A stretch of DNA of 64,000 nucleotides. Origin: an uncultured Acidimicrobiales bacterium (GTDB taxonomy: Bacteria > Actinomycetota > Acidimicrobiia > Acidimicrobiales > SZUA-35). The stretch covers positions 36,652 through 100,651 of the forward strand of contig CALHCB010000029.1 in NCBI GenBank assembly GCA_937930695.1. The letters run 5' to 3'. Shown here in pieces: positions 37,909 through 47,305 of the stretch. A program made the position numbers and the translations under genes. Every line of letters starts with the position of its first letter. Position 1 is the stretch's first letter. The notes under the pieces are model-generated. The model searched no databases, had not been told where the DNA came from, and saw nothing but the letters and a program-made list of their open reading frames with translations.

Positions 37909-38772
37909 TTACTTCAAGAACTTCGAGGTGGTGTTGTCGGCGAGAATCTTGCCACTGGTCTGATGCGTGGGGCAGTAGTACACGGTGTACTTCCGGTACT
38001 CCACGGTGTGCACGGTGTCCTTACACGAGCCGTGAGTGTTGCCGAGACACGCCTCTCCGGTCCGATTGTGCACCTTGGATGGTCGATCCTTGCTGGTGCC
38101 GATGTCATCCAATGTCCGCTCGTGGTCGGTGGCTCGCTGGACCGTCAGCAGCATCGCCGCGTGGAGCCGGTCCACTTGTTCGCCATCGAGCTTGGATGCG
38201 TTCGCGAACGGCGACAGTCCGGCTTCGAAGATGATCTCGTTGGTGAGCATCCGTCCGAGCCCCGCGATGACTCGCTGGGACCGAAGCACGCCGTGAATGC
38301 GCTTGGAGTGCTGGGCGAGGATGGCGCCGAATTCTTCTCGAGTCACCAGGTCTGCCTCTGGTCCAAGGCCGGTCAGTGGTTCCTGGCTCTCGATCTCGCC
38401 GAGGACCGCCCAAACTCCCGCCTTTCGCTCGGTCCCGGCCTCGGTGAGCAGCCATGCGTGTTCTTCGCCATCGGTGTCAAAGACCCACCGGGCGATGCCG
38501 TTGCGAGGCTTCTTGGATTGTTTGGCATCAGGTCGCAGGCGCCCGCCCTGCATCAGGTGCACGACGTGCACGATGCCATCATCGAATCGCAAGAGGAGAT
38601 ACTTGGCTCGTCGTTCGATCCCGATGACGGTGGCACCGACAGATTGATCTGCCGGTGGGTCGAATGTCTTGAGTCCTGCGAAGTTGATCAACTGAAACTT
38701 CATGAGTCGCGCCCCGGCAAGGGACTCGGTCATTCGCTCGGCGTGAGCCTGGACCTCGGGCATCTCGGGCAC
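37909..38772 (-). CDS. Fpg/Nei family DNA glycosylase
   Basis: With GTG 38772 the N-terminus is MPEMPEVQ, matching the canonical MPELPEV (catalytic Pro2/Glu3). An H2TH region is present, and the C-terminus has an atypical Cys/His finger (C..C..CPTH). Confidence 0.85.
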   Translation of the reverse strand: MPEMPEVQAHAERMTESLAGARLMKFQLINFAGLKTFDPPADQSVGATVIGIERRAKYLLLRFDDGIVHVVHLMQGGRLRPDAKQSKKPRNGIARWVFDTDGEEHAWLLTEAGTERKAGVWAVLGEIESQEPLTGLGPEADLVTREEFGAILAQHSKRIHGVLRSQRVIAGLGRMLTNEIIFEAGLSPFANASKLDGEQVDRLHAAMLLTVQRATDHERTLDDIGTSKDRPSKVHNRTGEACLGNTHGSCKDTVHTVEYRKYTVYYCPTHQTSGKILADNTTSKFLK

Positions 38773-38829
38773 GGCGAAACGTTACCGTCCCGCTCGACTG
38801 CCGTCTCCCTGGATCACAAGCTTGCGGGA

Positions 38830-39201
38830 CTACGAGAAGTCAGTCGCGGCTCGCAGATCGCCGAGGTGGTCACCCGCCATGCCGAGCGCCTTGCTGTTTC
38901 CCAGAAGAATTCGAACATCGCCACCGACTCGCAGGTCGCCGTCGAGAAACGCCCGTTGTGCACTCGATTGCCCGAGAGCGATCGCGACGGCAACCGATCG
39001 TTCCATCGTCAGCGTGAGTTCAGCATTGCTCGTGTCACGATGAAAACGAACGGGGCCGGGGCCGAGCTCGAGAACGTAGGACTCCTCAGCAGAGTCGGTG
39101 TCGAGAATCTTGAATGACACCACGACCTTGTCGGCCAAGGGTTCCATCGAGCGGATGGCCACGTTGGCGGCTTCGAGCCAATCGTCGGAGAGATACCGCA
39201 C
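38830..39201 (-). CDS. SCP2 sterol/lipid-binding domain protein
   Basis: 123 aa, VRYLSDDWLEAANVAI.., ..GDLRVGGDVRILLG.. is typical of actinobacterial SCP2-like proteins. The GTG start overlaps the upstream stop by 1 nt. Confidence 0.65.
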   Translation of the reverse strand: MRYLSDDWLEAANVAIRSMEPLADKVVVSFKILDTDSAEESYVLELGPGPVRFHRDTSNAELTLTMERSVAVAIALGQSSAQRAFLDGDLRVGGDVRILLGNSKALGMAGDHLGDLRAATDFS

Positions 39202-40796
39202 TAGCGACCACCTGCGGTCTTCAGAAGTTGGACCAGTTCGTTGCGAGTGGCGAGCTCAGCTTCGATCGGTTTGATGATCATCTCGTCGGCCAGGGTCTCT
39301 ACGGACGCAGCAGCTCGCTGGCGGGCCTTCGCCGCCGATCGTCGCGCTCCGAGCGATGCCAGTTGTCGGGCCACAATGGCGAGGATCCATCCGGCGAGCG
39401 CGCCGACGATGAGCAACCCGGTCGGGATCGGAATCCCTCGGTAGTCGGGGGTGGGGAGATCAGGCAGCTGGAGCCACGCAACGATGCCGATGGCGATGAG
39501 CCACAACAAACCGACGACGGCGGCGAACGCGAGAACCATCTGCACGGCGCCGATGACCGACCACCATCGCGGCGACCGCCCTCGATGGTCTCGGACTGCG
39601 TCGCCGACGGCCTGATCGAGTTCGTCAGCCAACCTGTCCGCTGGCGGCATCGCTGCAGCCCGAACGAGGGTGGGCCAGGGCTCTGCCATTGAAGACGTTG
39701 CGGCGTCAGCGACGTTTCGAATCGCGGCTTCAGCTCGAGCCTTTTGCGCCCCGCTTGGCTCAGGCAGAGACGAGCGACCAGCCGTGCCTTGCTCGAGGTG
39801 GAGCTTGCGAAGTGGATGCGGTCGGAGCTTTCCGATCCACCGGGTGAACGGCCAGCCGGTGGCGGCTGCAGCATCTCGACGGTGGGCTCGTTGCACCGCG
39901 TCCGAAACCGTTTCGACGCCTGCCGCTCCGGCGAGATCATCCGAGAGTTTGGCTCGAAGTTTGGAGCTGATCTCGTTTCCGGTGGCATCGCCCGTTTGGG
40001 CGAGGAGATCACTGGCTGCGGTAGCGACATCGGCAGTCAGCCGCTGGACGACGGCATCCTGGCGTTCGACGGCTTCTCGCAACACCTCTTGGAGCTCATC
40101 AAGGCCCTCTCCTGTGGTCGCCGAAAGAGGGACGACTCGACCGTTGTCGATTCCATCGGCGGCGAGAAGACGCTGGAGGTCTGCTACACACGCTTGTCGG
40201 TCGCGTTCGTTGAGGCCGTCGATCTTGTTCAGGACAACGACCATCACTGCGCCGTGACCGTGGAGCAGTCTCAGATAGTTGTGAAGGGCGGCGTCGGCGT
40301 ACTTCTCAGCGTCGGTGACCCAGATCATTACGTCGGCCTGCTCAGCGATTCGCTCCATCTCCAGGCGGTTCTCGACCCGGACAGAATCGTGGTCTGGCAC
40401 GTCGAGGACGACGAGGCCGGCCAAGTCGTTGTCGTTCCCCACCAAGTGGCGGTTCTGCACCTCGAGCCAGTCGAGCAAGCCGGAGGCGTCATCTGTTCCC
40501 CAGACACACGCCATCGTTGAGGAGGTCGTTGGACGTCGGACACCCGTGGTCGCAACGTCGCTTCCGACGAGTGCGTTTGTCAGCGAAGACTTGCCGGCTC
40601 CCGTGGCTCCGAGCATGGCGGCCAACGTGTGTTCGGTGCCGTGGCGGAGACGCTCGTTGGCCTTCTCGACGACGTGCTGACCGAAGGCGACAGTGTCACC
40701 ATCAAGTCGATCTGACGCCCGATCGATGGCTGATTGGAGCGCATCGAGCCTAGTCGGAAGGTCGGCATCTTGATCGCGTTTCTTGCGGCCGATCAT
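39201..40796 (-). CDS. membrane GTPase (dynamin/YfjP-like), paralogue 1
   Basis: G1 GATGAGKSS, G3-like LDVPDHDS, G4 LNKID, G5 SAT. A C-terminal hydrophobic hairpin (VIGAVQMVLAFAAVVGLLWLIAIGIVAWL and TGLLIVGALAGWILAIVA). ATG 40796 lies 13 nt after the upstream stop. Confidence 0.8.
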   Translation of the reverse strand: MIGRKKRDQDADLPTRLDALQSAIDRASDRLDGDTVAFGQHVVEKANERLRHGTEHTLAAMLGATGAGKSSLTNALVGSDVATTGVRRPTTSSTMACVWGTDDASGLLDWLEVQNRHLVGNDNDLAGLVVLDVPDHDSVRVENRLEMERIAEQADVMIWVTDAEKYADAALHNYLRLLHGHGAVMVVVLNKIDGLNERDRQACVADLQRLLAADGIDNGRVVPLSATTGEGLDELQEVLREAVERQDAVVQRLTADVATAASDLLAQTGDATGNEISSKLRAKLSDDLAGAAGVETVSDAVQRAHRRDAAAATGWPFTRWIGKLRPHPLRKLHLEQGTAGRSSLPEPSGAQKARAEAAIRNVADAATSSMAEPWPTLVRAAAMPPADRLADELDQAVGDAVRDHRGRSPRWWSVIGAVQMVLAFAAVVGLLWLIAIGIVAWLQLPDLPTPDYRGIPIPTGLLIVGALAGWILAIVARQLASLGARRSAAKARQRAAASVETLADEMIIKPIEAELATRNELVQLLKTAGGR

Positions 40797-40809
40797 CGCT
40801 CTGTCCGAC

Positions 40810-42510
40810 TCACGCCAGCTGGGCCTTGTCGAACGCCTCGATGGCAGCGCCCAGTTCGTCGGTCGCTCCAGGATCAGCGACCGCAGCCCACAGACGGCTG
40901 CGAAAGCGATTGGCATCCAGTTCAAAGGCTGCGCCAACGCGGACGAGCAGCTGGCGTCGGGCCTCGGCGGCAAGGTCGCGAACTGCTTGCTCTCCGAAGA
41001 GAGCATTCAAGAGAGTCTGAGACAGCGCTGCGGTTCCGGACGCGACTGCGACTTCTCCGCCCGTGACACCTCCGGTTTGAGCGAACAGGACGATCATCAG
41101 CGCAACGCCGATCCCGTTGACGCCAAAGGCCAGCACTCTCGCCGTGGTGCGTTTGCCGGCACCTCGTTCTCGCACGAGGTCAAGTACGTCGTCTTGCCAC
41201 TTGCGAATCTCGCTACCGAGGCTGGTTCGCAATGCTTCGGATGCCTTCTCAAGCGCTCGATCATCGTCGAGAACCTGGACGCCTCCGGGGAGCTCCCGCC
41301 AGCTCTCGACGACCCGAAGAGCCGCGCCATCGGCGTGGTCGAGAAGAATCTGTTCGAGCGTTGAGGTGATCTCGCCCTGGACTTCGGTCGTGGCTGCAGT
41401 TCGGCCCCGGATGAAGCCACCAATGCGATCTCGGATGCGACTGATGCGGCTCTGAACGGCTCGCATCAGTTCGGCAGTGCCAATTAGCTCCTGCCAGCGA
41501 TCGAGTACTTCGCTGCGCAGGAGTGCACCTTCTGCGATGTCGCGTTCGATGTTCGACTGGGCAACTCGATAGGTCTCTTCCATCGCCAACCGAAGTGCGT
41601 CGGTGGCTTCGTCCTGCCGCTGGCTCGCAGCCAGCACGGTCCGTGCCCGCTCAGGAACGCTTGCGAGCGCACCCTGGAGTGTGCTGCGAACGATGGCAGC
41701 TCGTTGCTCGGCATCGCTGGCGAGCCCATCCAACATGGTGCGCAGCTCGGCAATGGAAGGTTCAGCGAGCTGGCCATCGTCGTCGAGTTGAGTTTGTTCG
41801 ATGGAAAAGATACGCACGTCGCCGAGTTCGCCCTCAACCAGCATGCCTTGGAGATGCGGCACGATTTCGGCGGTTGCTCCCGGTGGAACTCGGTTGATGA
41901 TGACGGCGAGTTCGGTCCCTCGTTCGCGGGCCCTACGCAAGAAATCCCATGGCACCGCATCGGCGTAACGAACCGCGGTCGTGACGAAGAGCCACAAATC
42001 AGCGGCCGCCAACAACTGGGTTGCCAGGTCTCGATTCGCCTCTTCGATGGAGTCGATGTCTGGGGCATCGATCATGGCCAACCCGGGTCGGAGGGATTCG
42101 ATTGGCCGGATGCGCAGGGTCGCTCCTGTTGCGTCACCCCGGTCTCCGGTGACGCGTGCGAGGTCTGGCAGCACGTCGGCGGCCAAGAACCACGACTCAT
42201 CGTCGGGATGGCAGATGAGCACGGGAGCTCGGGTTGTTGGCCGCAAGACCCCGGACGGCGAGACCTCGGCCCGAGCGATCGAGTTGGTGATCGTCGACTT
42301 GCCAGAACCTGTCGAGCCTCCGATCACCGCAAGCAATGGCGCGTCGAGCCGTTGCAGCCGCGGCAGAAGGTAATCTCCGATCTGATCTCGGAGTTCGGTG
42401 CGCTGGCCGCGGAGCTCGGAGATTCCCGAGAGATCAAGCGTCAAGGTTGCGCCGTTGAGGGCACCGCTGAGCCCTTTGAGGGCCGCCACCATCTGGTCGA
42501 GCTCCGACAT
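40810..42510 (-). CDS. membrane GTPase (dynamin/YfjP-like), paralogue 2 with degenerate G4
   Basis: G1 GGSTGSGKST, G3-like IDAPDIDS. The G4 position reads INRVP (no NKxD Asp). C-terminal hydrophobic segment LAFGVNGIGVALMIVLFAQ. ATG 42510. Confidence 0.8.
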   Translation of the reverse strand: MSELDQMVAALKGLSGALNGATLTLDLSGISELRGQRTELRDQIGDYLLPRLQRLDAPLLAVIGGSTGSGKSTITNSIARAEVSPSGVLRPTTRAPVLICHPDDESWFLAADVLPDLARVTGDRGDATGATLRIRPIESLRPGLAMIDAPDIDSIEEANRDLATQLLAAADLWLFVTTAVRYADAVPWDFLRRARERGTELAVIINRVPPGATAEIVPHLQGMLVEGELGDVRIFSIEQTQLDDDGQLAEPSIAELRTMLDGLASDAEQRAAIVRSTLQGALASVPERARTVLAASQRQDEATDALRLAMEETYRVAQSNIERDIAEGALLRSEVLDRWQELIGTAELMRAVQSRISRIRDRIGGFIRGRTAATTEVQGEITSTLEQILLDHADGAALRVVESWRELPGGVQVLDDDRALEKASEALRTSLGSEIRKWQDDVLDLVRERGAGKRTTARVLAFGVNGIGVALMIVLFAQTGGVTGGEVAVASGTAALSQTLLNALFGEQAVRDLAAEARRQLLVRVGAAFELDANRFRSRLWAAVADPGATDELGAAIEAFDKAQLA

Positions 42511-42614
42511 CGTGATCAGGGTAGGACCGGTTCGGGGTCGCCAGGTCGATGCGACACTGCAGTGGGGTCGCTCGTTTCGCCTCCAACTCAGCCCTTCGAG
42601 GCCGATGGAGAACA

Positions 42615-43817
42615 ATGGTCACGCGTTCATCTGGCCGGGGCGGTGATCCCGGGGTGGTTCCTGGGGGTAGCTCGACGGTCCCTGGACGCGAATGGATTGT
42701 TCGGTGGCTCGTGGCCGTTGCTCTTGTCTCGATTGGGCTCGATGCGCTGTTGTCCGACTCGGTATTGGCTGGTGACCCCCGGCTCTTCAACATCCGGGCG
42801 GATGCTCTTCTCGAGGGCCAGTGGCCCTATTTCCAGGCCGAGTTTGAACACCTTCCGATCATGATTCCGTACATTCTCGGTGGCCGGCTTCTGACATCGG
42901 TGATGCCTGGCGGCAGCCCAGCGTTGGCGTACTGCCTCATTGGGCTCGTTCTGTTGGCGGTGACATCGTTGATCGTTCCCCAGGACAAGCTGTTGCGTTG
43001 GATGATGGTGGCGACGCCGATGGCCCCTATTGCACTCTTTCGTTTGGATGCCCTTCCCGTAGCGGTTTGTATGGCGGCCCTGGCGGGATTTCTTGGGAAG
43101 GCAAGCGATCGGGAGGTATCCCTGTGGTCGATCATTGGCGGGCTCGCGAAGGGTTGGCCCATCGTGACAGCTCCTCTCTTGTGGCGACGCGGCAGTCGCC
43201 GCAGTGCCACCGCCATGGTGACCTCGGTGTTGGGGGTCGTGCTGGTGCTGTCCTTCACCCCCGGGTTTCAGTCGGGACGGGACTTTGATGGTGTGCACAC
43301 CGAGACGCTCCCGGGTTCGTGGTTTCTCCTTCGGCGGAGCATGGCCAACGAACCGCTTGAACTGATCGAAGCGGCGTGGTCGATCTACGTCGCTGTTCCA
43401 CGGTTTGCCGTCATCGTGCAGGTCTTGGTCGCGATGTGTTTGCTCGCCGTTGCGTTCGTGAAATGGTTGCAACCCCTCGATTCCCAGGGACAAGTAGCTA
43501 TTGCAGGATCGGTGGTGGCAGCGGTGTTGATCGCAAGCCCGTTGTTGTCGAGTCAGTTCGTCTTTTGGCTTGCCCCGTTCGTTGTTCTCGCTGGCCGGAC
43601 TCGCTCTGTCGTTCTCTACACCGCGATCGGAGCTGTCACGCTGCTGCTGCTCGCACACTGGCGTCTCGATGAAGTCTGGTGGTCGGCTCTAGCTCTTCTC
43701 CGAGTCGGCGGCATCGCTGGTCTCAGCGTTTTGCTTGCGCTCGATGCAAGTACGGTCTCGGGCGATGGAGATCACCGCCCAACACGAACGCTGGCAGGAT
43801 CCGGACGGTCAGCCTGA
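42615..43817 (+). CDS. polytopic membrane protein, possibly a GT-C-type (DUF2029/GT87-like) glycosyltransferase
   Basis: About 10 hydrophobic segments. The assignment to GT-C is by general resemblance only. ATG 42615 follows ggag. Confidence 0.45.
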   Translation: MVTRSSGRGGDPGVVPGGSSTVPGREWIVRWLVAVALVSIGLDALLSDSVLAGDPRLFNIRADALLEGQWPYFQAEFEHLPIMIPYILGGRLLTSVMPGGSPALAYCLIGLVLLAVTSLIVPQDKLLRWMMVATPMAPIALFRLDALPVAVCMAALAGFLGKASDREVSLWSIIGGLAKGWPIVTAPLLWRRGSRRSATAMVTSVLGVVLVLSFTPGFQSGRDFDGVHTETLPGSWFLLRRSMANEPLELIEAAWSIYVAVPRFAVIVQVLVAMCLLAVAFVKWLQPLDSQGQVAIAGSVVAAVLIASPLLSSQFVFWLAPFVVLAGRTRSVVLYTAIGAVTLLLLAHWRLDEVWWSALALLRVGGIAGLSVLLALDASTVSGDGDHRPTRTLAGSGRSA

Positions 43818-44427
43818 ATGGGCTGAAGGTCACCGGCTGGAGTTGTTCGCCGCCGAATCGGGCGATGGCCCCCTGGCCGTCGTGGCCGAGTTGCGGCGAC
43901 TTCCGAACGCTCGCAAGGCGCATGCCCGCGCTGCAGTTCTTGAAGCCGGTAAGGCATCGATCGGGCTGACAGAGACCGATATCCCTGCTCCCACAATCGG
44001 CTGGGAAGTTCGCAGCTCTGGGATATGGGCGGAGTTCGTGTGCGAGACCCCGCTCGACCACTGGAGTTATGGCCTTGAGGCATTTGCTCTCGAAGTCGAT
44101 GGCCCAAGAGATCTGATCGATCTCGGCGTCGGTCATCGAGTCCCCCTCGGATGGGAGCTCGAGTTTGAGGCGGCAGGCCCTGCGACCTGGATCGCTGACG
44201 GGTGCTATATCCAAGCCGGACGTGGACACGGACTGCTGTTGTCTGCGGATGGTGAGCGCGAGATCGAAACGAAGGCTCGTCGTTGGCACTGGTGGGGGAT
44301 CGGGGAACCCTTCGTCGGCGAGTCCGATGGTGCAGGTGAGGGGCTCGCAGAGATCTGGCTGCCCGACCCGACCGAACAGTTCGTCCTGTCCGGCACCGGT
44401 CTGAGCGTTGGACGAGGTCCGTGGTGA
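43765..44427 (+). CDS. hypothetical protein
   Basis: 220 aa from ATG 43765. The stop overlaps the GTG start of the channel gene by 7 nt. No motif recognised. Confidence 0.45.
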   Translation: MEITAQHERWQDPDGQPEWAEGHRLELFAAESGDGPLAVVAELRRLPNARKAHARAAVLEAGKASIGLTETDIPAPTIGWEVRSSGIWAEFVCETPLDHWSYGLEAFALEVDGPRDLIDLGVGHRVPLGWELEFEAAGPATWIADGCYIQAGRGHGLLLSADGEREIETKARRWHWWGIGEPFVGESDGAGEGLAEIWLPDPTEQFVLSGTGLSVGRGPW

Positions 44428-45527
44428 TTGAAGTACTCGCGATCTTCGCCGGCGTGTTGCTCGTCGTCAGCGTCCTGTGCGACATGGTCAACACACTGGT
44501 GTCCACCAACACGTCGTCGTGGAAGTGGTGGCTCTCGCGACGAGTCACGATCTTCACTTGGCGCGTGATCCGCTTCATCGCTCTTCGAATGCCGGACGGG
44601 GCAGTTCGCGAACGCCTGCTCTCCACGTACGCACCCGTGCTCGTGCTCGGACTGTTGATCACGTGGGTGACGCAACAGATCATCGGGTTCGGCTTGATCT
44701 GGTGGGGGCTCGGCAACGTTTCAGGAGTCGAGACACTGGCCGACTCTCTCTACTACTCCGGCGTAGTTTTCTTTACGGTTGGGTTTGGAGAAGTTGTGCC
44801 GTCGGGGACGGTGCCGAGATTCGGTGCGCTCATCGAAGCGTTCTCCGGCGTGCTCACCACGGCCCTCGTTATCGGCTATCTGCCGGCCCTGTACTCCGCC
44901 TACAGCGAGCGTGAACAGAAGATCATGACGCTCGACGATGGCGGCAACGGACGAATCACACCGACGAATCTCGTGATGGCTTGGGCTCCGACCGGCGACC
45001 CCGATGACTTGGTGTCGCGCTTTGCCAGTTGGGAAGACTGGACCGCCAACGTTCTGGAAACCCACACGACGTTTCCGATGCTCCAGCTTTTCCGATCTCA
45101 CCATGCTGGACAGAACTGGATCACCGCACTTGGGCTTGTCTCCGACGCGGCATTGCACTGCGAGTTGATCGTGGGTGCCCGGCGACGAGCCCCCTACTTC
45201 ATGCTGCGCCGCGCCATCCGACTGTTCGGTGAGTTGACCGAGGACGTGGATCTGTCGAGGTATCGGGCGGATTTCGATGCGACCTACGGCTCGAGCGAAC
45301 AGTTTCGTGAGCTCTACGACGCGCTCGAGGCGCATGGATTCGAGCTCATTCCTTTCGAGGAAGGAAGGCTGGCCACACTTGAACTTCGACGTACGTTTGA
45401 CGCACCACTGGAGTACTTGATCGATGCTCGACTCGCGCCCCGAGGTTTCTGGGGTCATGAGGTCGCTACCGCTGCGGCCGGGCTCGCGTCGGCCGACGAC
45501 GCGTCGTTGACCAAGCGAGTTGACTAG
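44421..45527 (+). CDS. potassium-channel family protein with uncharacterised cytosolic C-terminal domain
   Basis: Pore helix and selectivity filter LYYSGVVFFTVGFGEV, flanked by TM helices. About 190 aa of C-terminal region without an RCK/TrkA glycine motif. Confidence 0.75.
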   Translation: MVIEVLAIFAGVLLVVSVLCDMVNTLVSTNTSSWKWWLSRRVTIFTWRVIRFIALRMPDGAVRERLLSTYAPVLVLGLLITWVTQQIIGFGLIWWGLGNVSGVETLADSLYYSGVVFFTVGFGEVVPSGTVPRFGALIEAFSGVLTTALVIGYLPALYSAYSEREQKIMTLDDGGNGRITPTNLVMAWAPTGDPDDLVSRFASWEDWTANVLETHTTFPMLQLFRSHHAGQNWITALGLVSDAALHCELIVGARRRAPYFMLRRAIRLFGELTEDVDLSRYRADFDATYGSSEQFRELYDALEAHGFELIPFEEGRLATLELRRTFDAPLEYLIDARLAPRGFWGHEVATAAAGLASADDASLTKRVD

Positions 45528-46456
45528 GCCGAGATGTCGCTTGGCGCCTGAGCGTTGGTGTGGTCCGGTTTGTCTTCTGCAAATTTGACCACGAGAAGGG
45601 TGAGGGCGGCGGCGACTGCTGCGAGCAGAACACCCGTACCGAGCGCGCTGGCCTCTGGCCACTCAAGGGTCGTGCCGCTGATGACTTCTTCTGCCTCGTC
45701 GCTCACAACCCCAACCCCGTTGGGCCACGGCCAAAGCACACGAATCGATCCGATCATCAAACCAAGAAGTCCCGCAAGCACTGTTTGTTCGTGTCGATCG
45801 AGTAGCCAGTTCAGGAACGACGAGAACAATGCGAGCCCGATGACCGCACCGACGAGAAAGACAGCTAGCTCAACGATTGAGCCGCCAAGAACCGCGGCGT
45901 ACATGCCCATCATCAACATGATGAACGAGCCGGAGACTCCGGGAAGGATCATGGCGCAGATGGCGATGGCGCCAGTGACGAGAAAGAACGGCAGCGCAGG
46001 TTCGAGAATCGCGCCAGCCTGAAAGCCGAGAAGAACAAAGGCGGCGATGGCGACGGCCACAATCGTGGCGAATCGCATGGGATCTCTTGTCGTGATGTTC
46101 TGCCACACGATCACGCAACTCGCGGCGACAAGACCACAGAACACTGCGGCGATGTTCTCTGCTTCTTCCACAAGCAACGTTTCCATCGGGTGACGAAGCA
46201 GTGCAAAGGCGACGATCACGCCCGTTCCAAGCGGGATCAAGAAGAGCCAGTCGATTTCCTTGATGGTGGTGACGCCGCCCGATACGTCGCCGGTGACGAA
46301 CTGCTTGAGGGCGTGGGCACCGGATCGAACGTTGGCAATGAGCCCCTTGTAGATCCCGAAGATGAGGGCGACGGTTCCGCCCGAGACTCCCGGGACGATG
46401 TCCGCTGCTCCCATACAGAAGCCGCGTAGCGCTTGCATGGCGATCCGTTGGATCAT
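45524..46456 (-). CDS. DUF368 family membrane protein (polyprenyl-phosphate transporter PopT-like)
   Basis: GAADIVPGVSGGTVALIFGIY and a second ILPGVSGSFIMLMMG motif. Start ATG 46456 (the track start is 46510). Confidence 0.8.
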   Translation of the reverse strand: MIQRIAMQALRGFCMGAADIVPGVSGGTVALIFGIYKGLIANVRSGAHALKQFVTGDVSGGVTTIKEIDWLFLIPLGTGVIVAFALLRHPMETLLVEEAENIAAVFCGLVAASCVIVWQNITTRDPMRFATIVAVAIAAFVLLGFQAGAILEPALPFFLVTGAIAICAMILPGVSGSFIMLMMGMYAAVLGGSIVELAVFLVGAVIGLALFSSFLNWLLDRHEQTVLAGLLGLMIGSIRVLWPWPNGVGVVSDEAEEVISGTTLEWPEASALGTGVLLAAVAAALTLLVVKFAEDKPDHTNAQAPSDISA

Positions 46457-46564
46457 CGAATCAAGACTCCTGCTTCGGCCGCTCTCGCGAGTTGCTGCTT
46501 CGACATGCAACTCCTGTCGGCACCGTGGCTGCGTGGTTGAGCAGGTGACGTTATCGCGCAGGCC

Positions 46565-47305
46565 CTACGCCCCGACCAGCGGGAAGAGAACCTCAGGCAG
46601 TTGTTGGAAACCCGGTCGGGCAAAGAAGTAGCCCTGGAAGAGTTCGATGCCTTCACCAAAGAGCCAGTCGAATTCAGGTTGTGTTTCCACTCCCTCGGCA
46701 ATGATGTCAATGCCGAGGTCCTCACACGTTCGCTGCACGCCGCGGACGATGGCTTGGCGCGGTCCGCTGGTTTGGATGGCGCTGATCAATTCCCTGTCGA
46801 GCTTGATGGCATCCGGTTGAAACTCGGCGAGCAGATTCAGGCCGGCGTATCCGGCCCCAAAGTCGTCGATGGCGAATTGGACGCCTGCACTTCGCGATTC
46901 ATTCGCGATCGCAACGAAGAGCGAGATGTCGTGAATGATTTCGCTCTCGGTGATTTCTATGGTGATGGCTTCCGCCCCGAGCCGGACGTCCGCGGCAGCG
47001 GCAATGGTCGAGGCGATGGAGTCGGGCGACATCTCGAGCCCTCGCGGCATGAGATTGAGGTTGAGGTGCAGGTCGGTCGGTTGGCCGAGCGTGCTCGCGA
47101 GTCGTATGGCATCTGCTCGAAGCTGCTCATCAACTTCGTAGATGAAGGGTGCCTCGAGGGGCTCGAGAACCGAGAACGCCGATTCGCCATTTGGGCCGCG
47201 AACAAGTGCTTCTTGGGACACGATGAGGGCGCGGCGGATATCGACAATGGGTTGGAATGCAAAGCTGTAGGCCAACGCTCGAGGGTCGTTCTGACGCTCG
47301 ATCAC
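46565..47305 (-). CDS. stand-alone EAL domain c-di-GMP phosphodiesterase (catalytic signature intact)
   Basis: QEALVR, LNLNL, EITES, DDFGAGYAG, KLDREL, AEGVET and FQGYFFARP are all present. The GTG start overlaps the upstream TGA (GTGA at 47302-47305). Confidence 0.85.
   Translation of the reverse strand: MIERQNDPRALAYSFAFQPIVDIRRALIVSQEALVRGPNGESAFSVLEPLEAPFIYEVDEQLRADAIRLASTLGQPTDLHLNLNLMPRGLEMSPDSIASTIAAAADVRLGAEAITIEITESEIIHDISLFVAIANESRSAGVQFAIDDFGAGYAGLNLLAEFQPDAIKLDRELISAIQTSGPRQAIVRGVQRTCEDLGIDIIAEGVETQPEFDWLFGEGIELFQGYFFARPGFQQLPEVLFPLVGA

Noticed and set aside
45524-45527. A CTAG tetranucleotide providing the stop codon for both convergent genes (K+ channel and DUF368)
   Set aside because: It is real but trivial, a chance consequence of the palindromic TAG/CTA. 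No functional implication is claimed.
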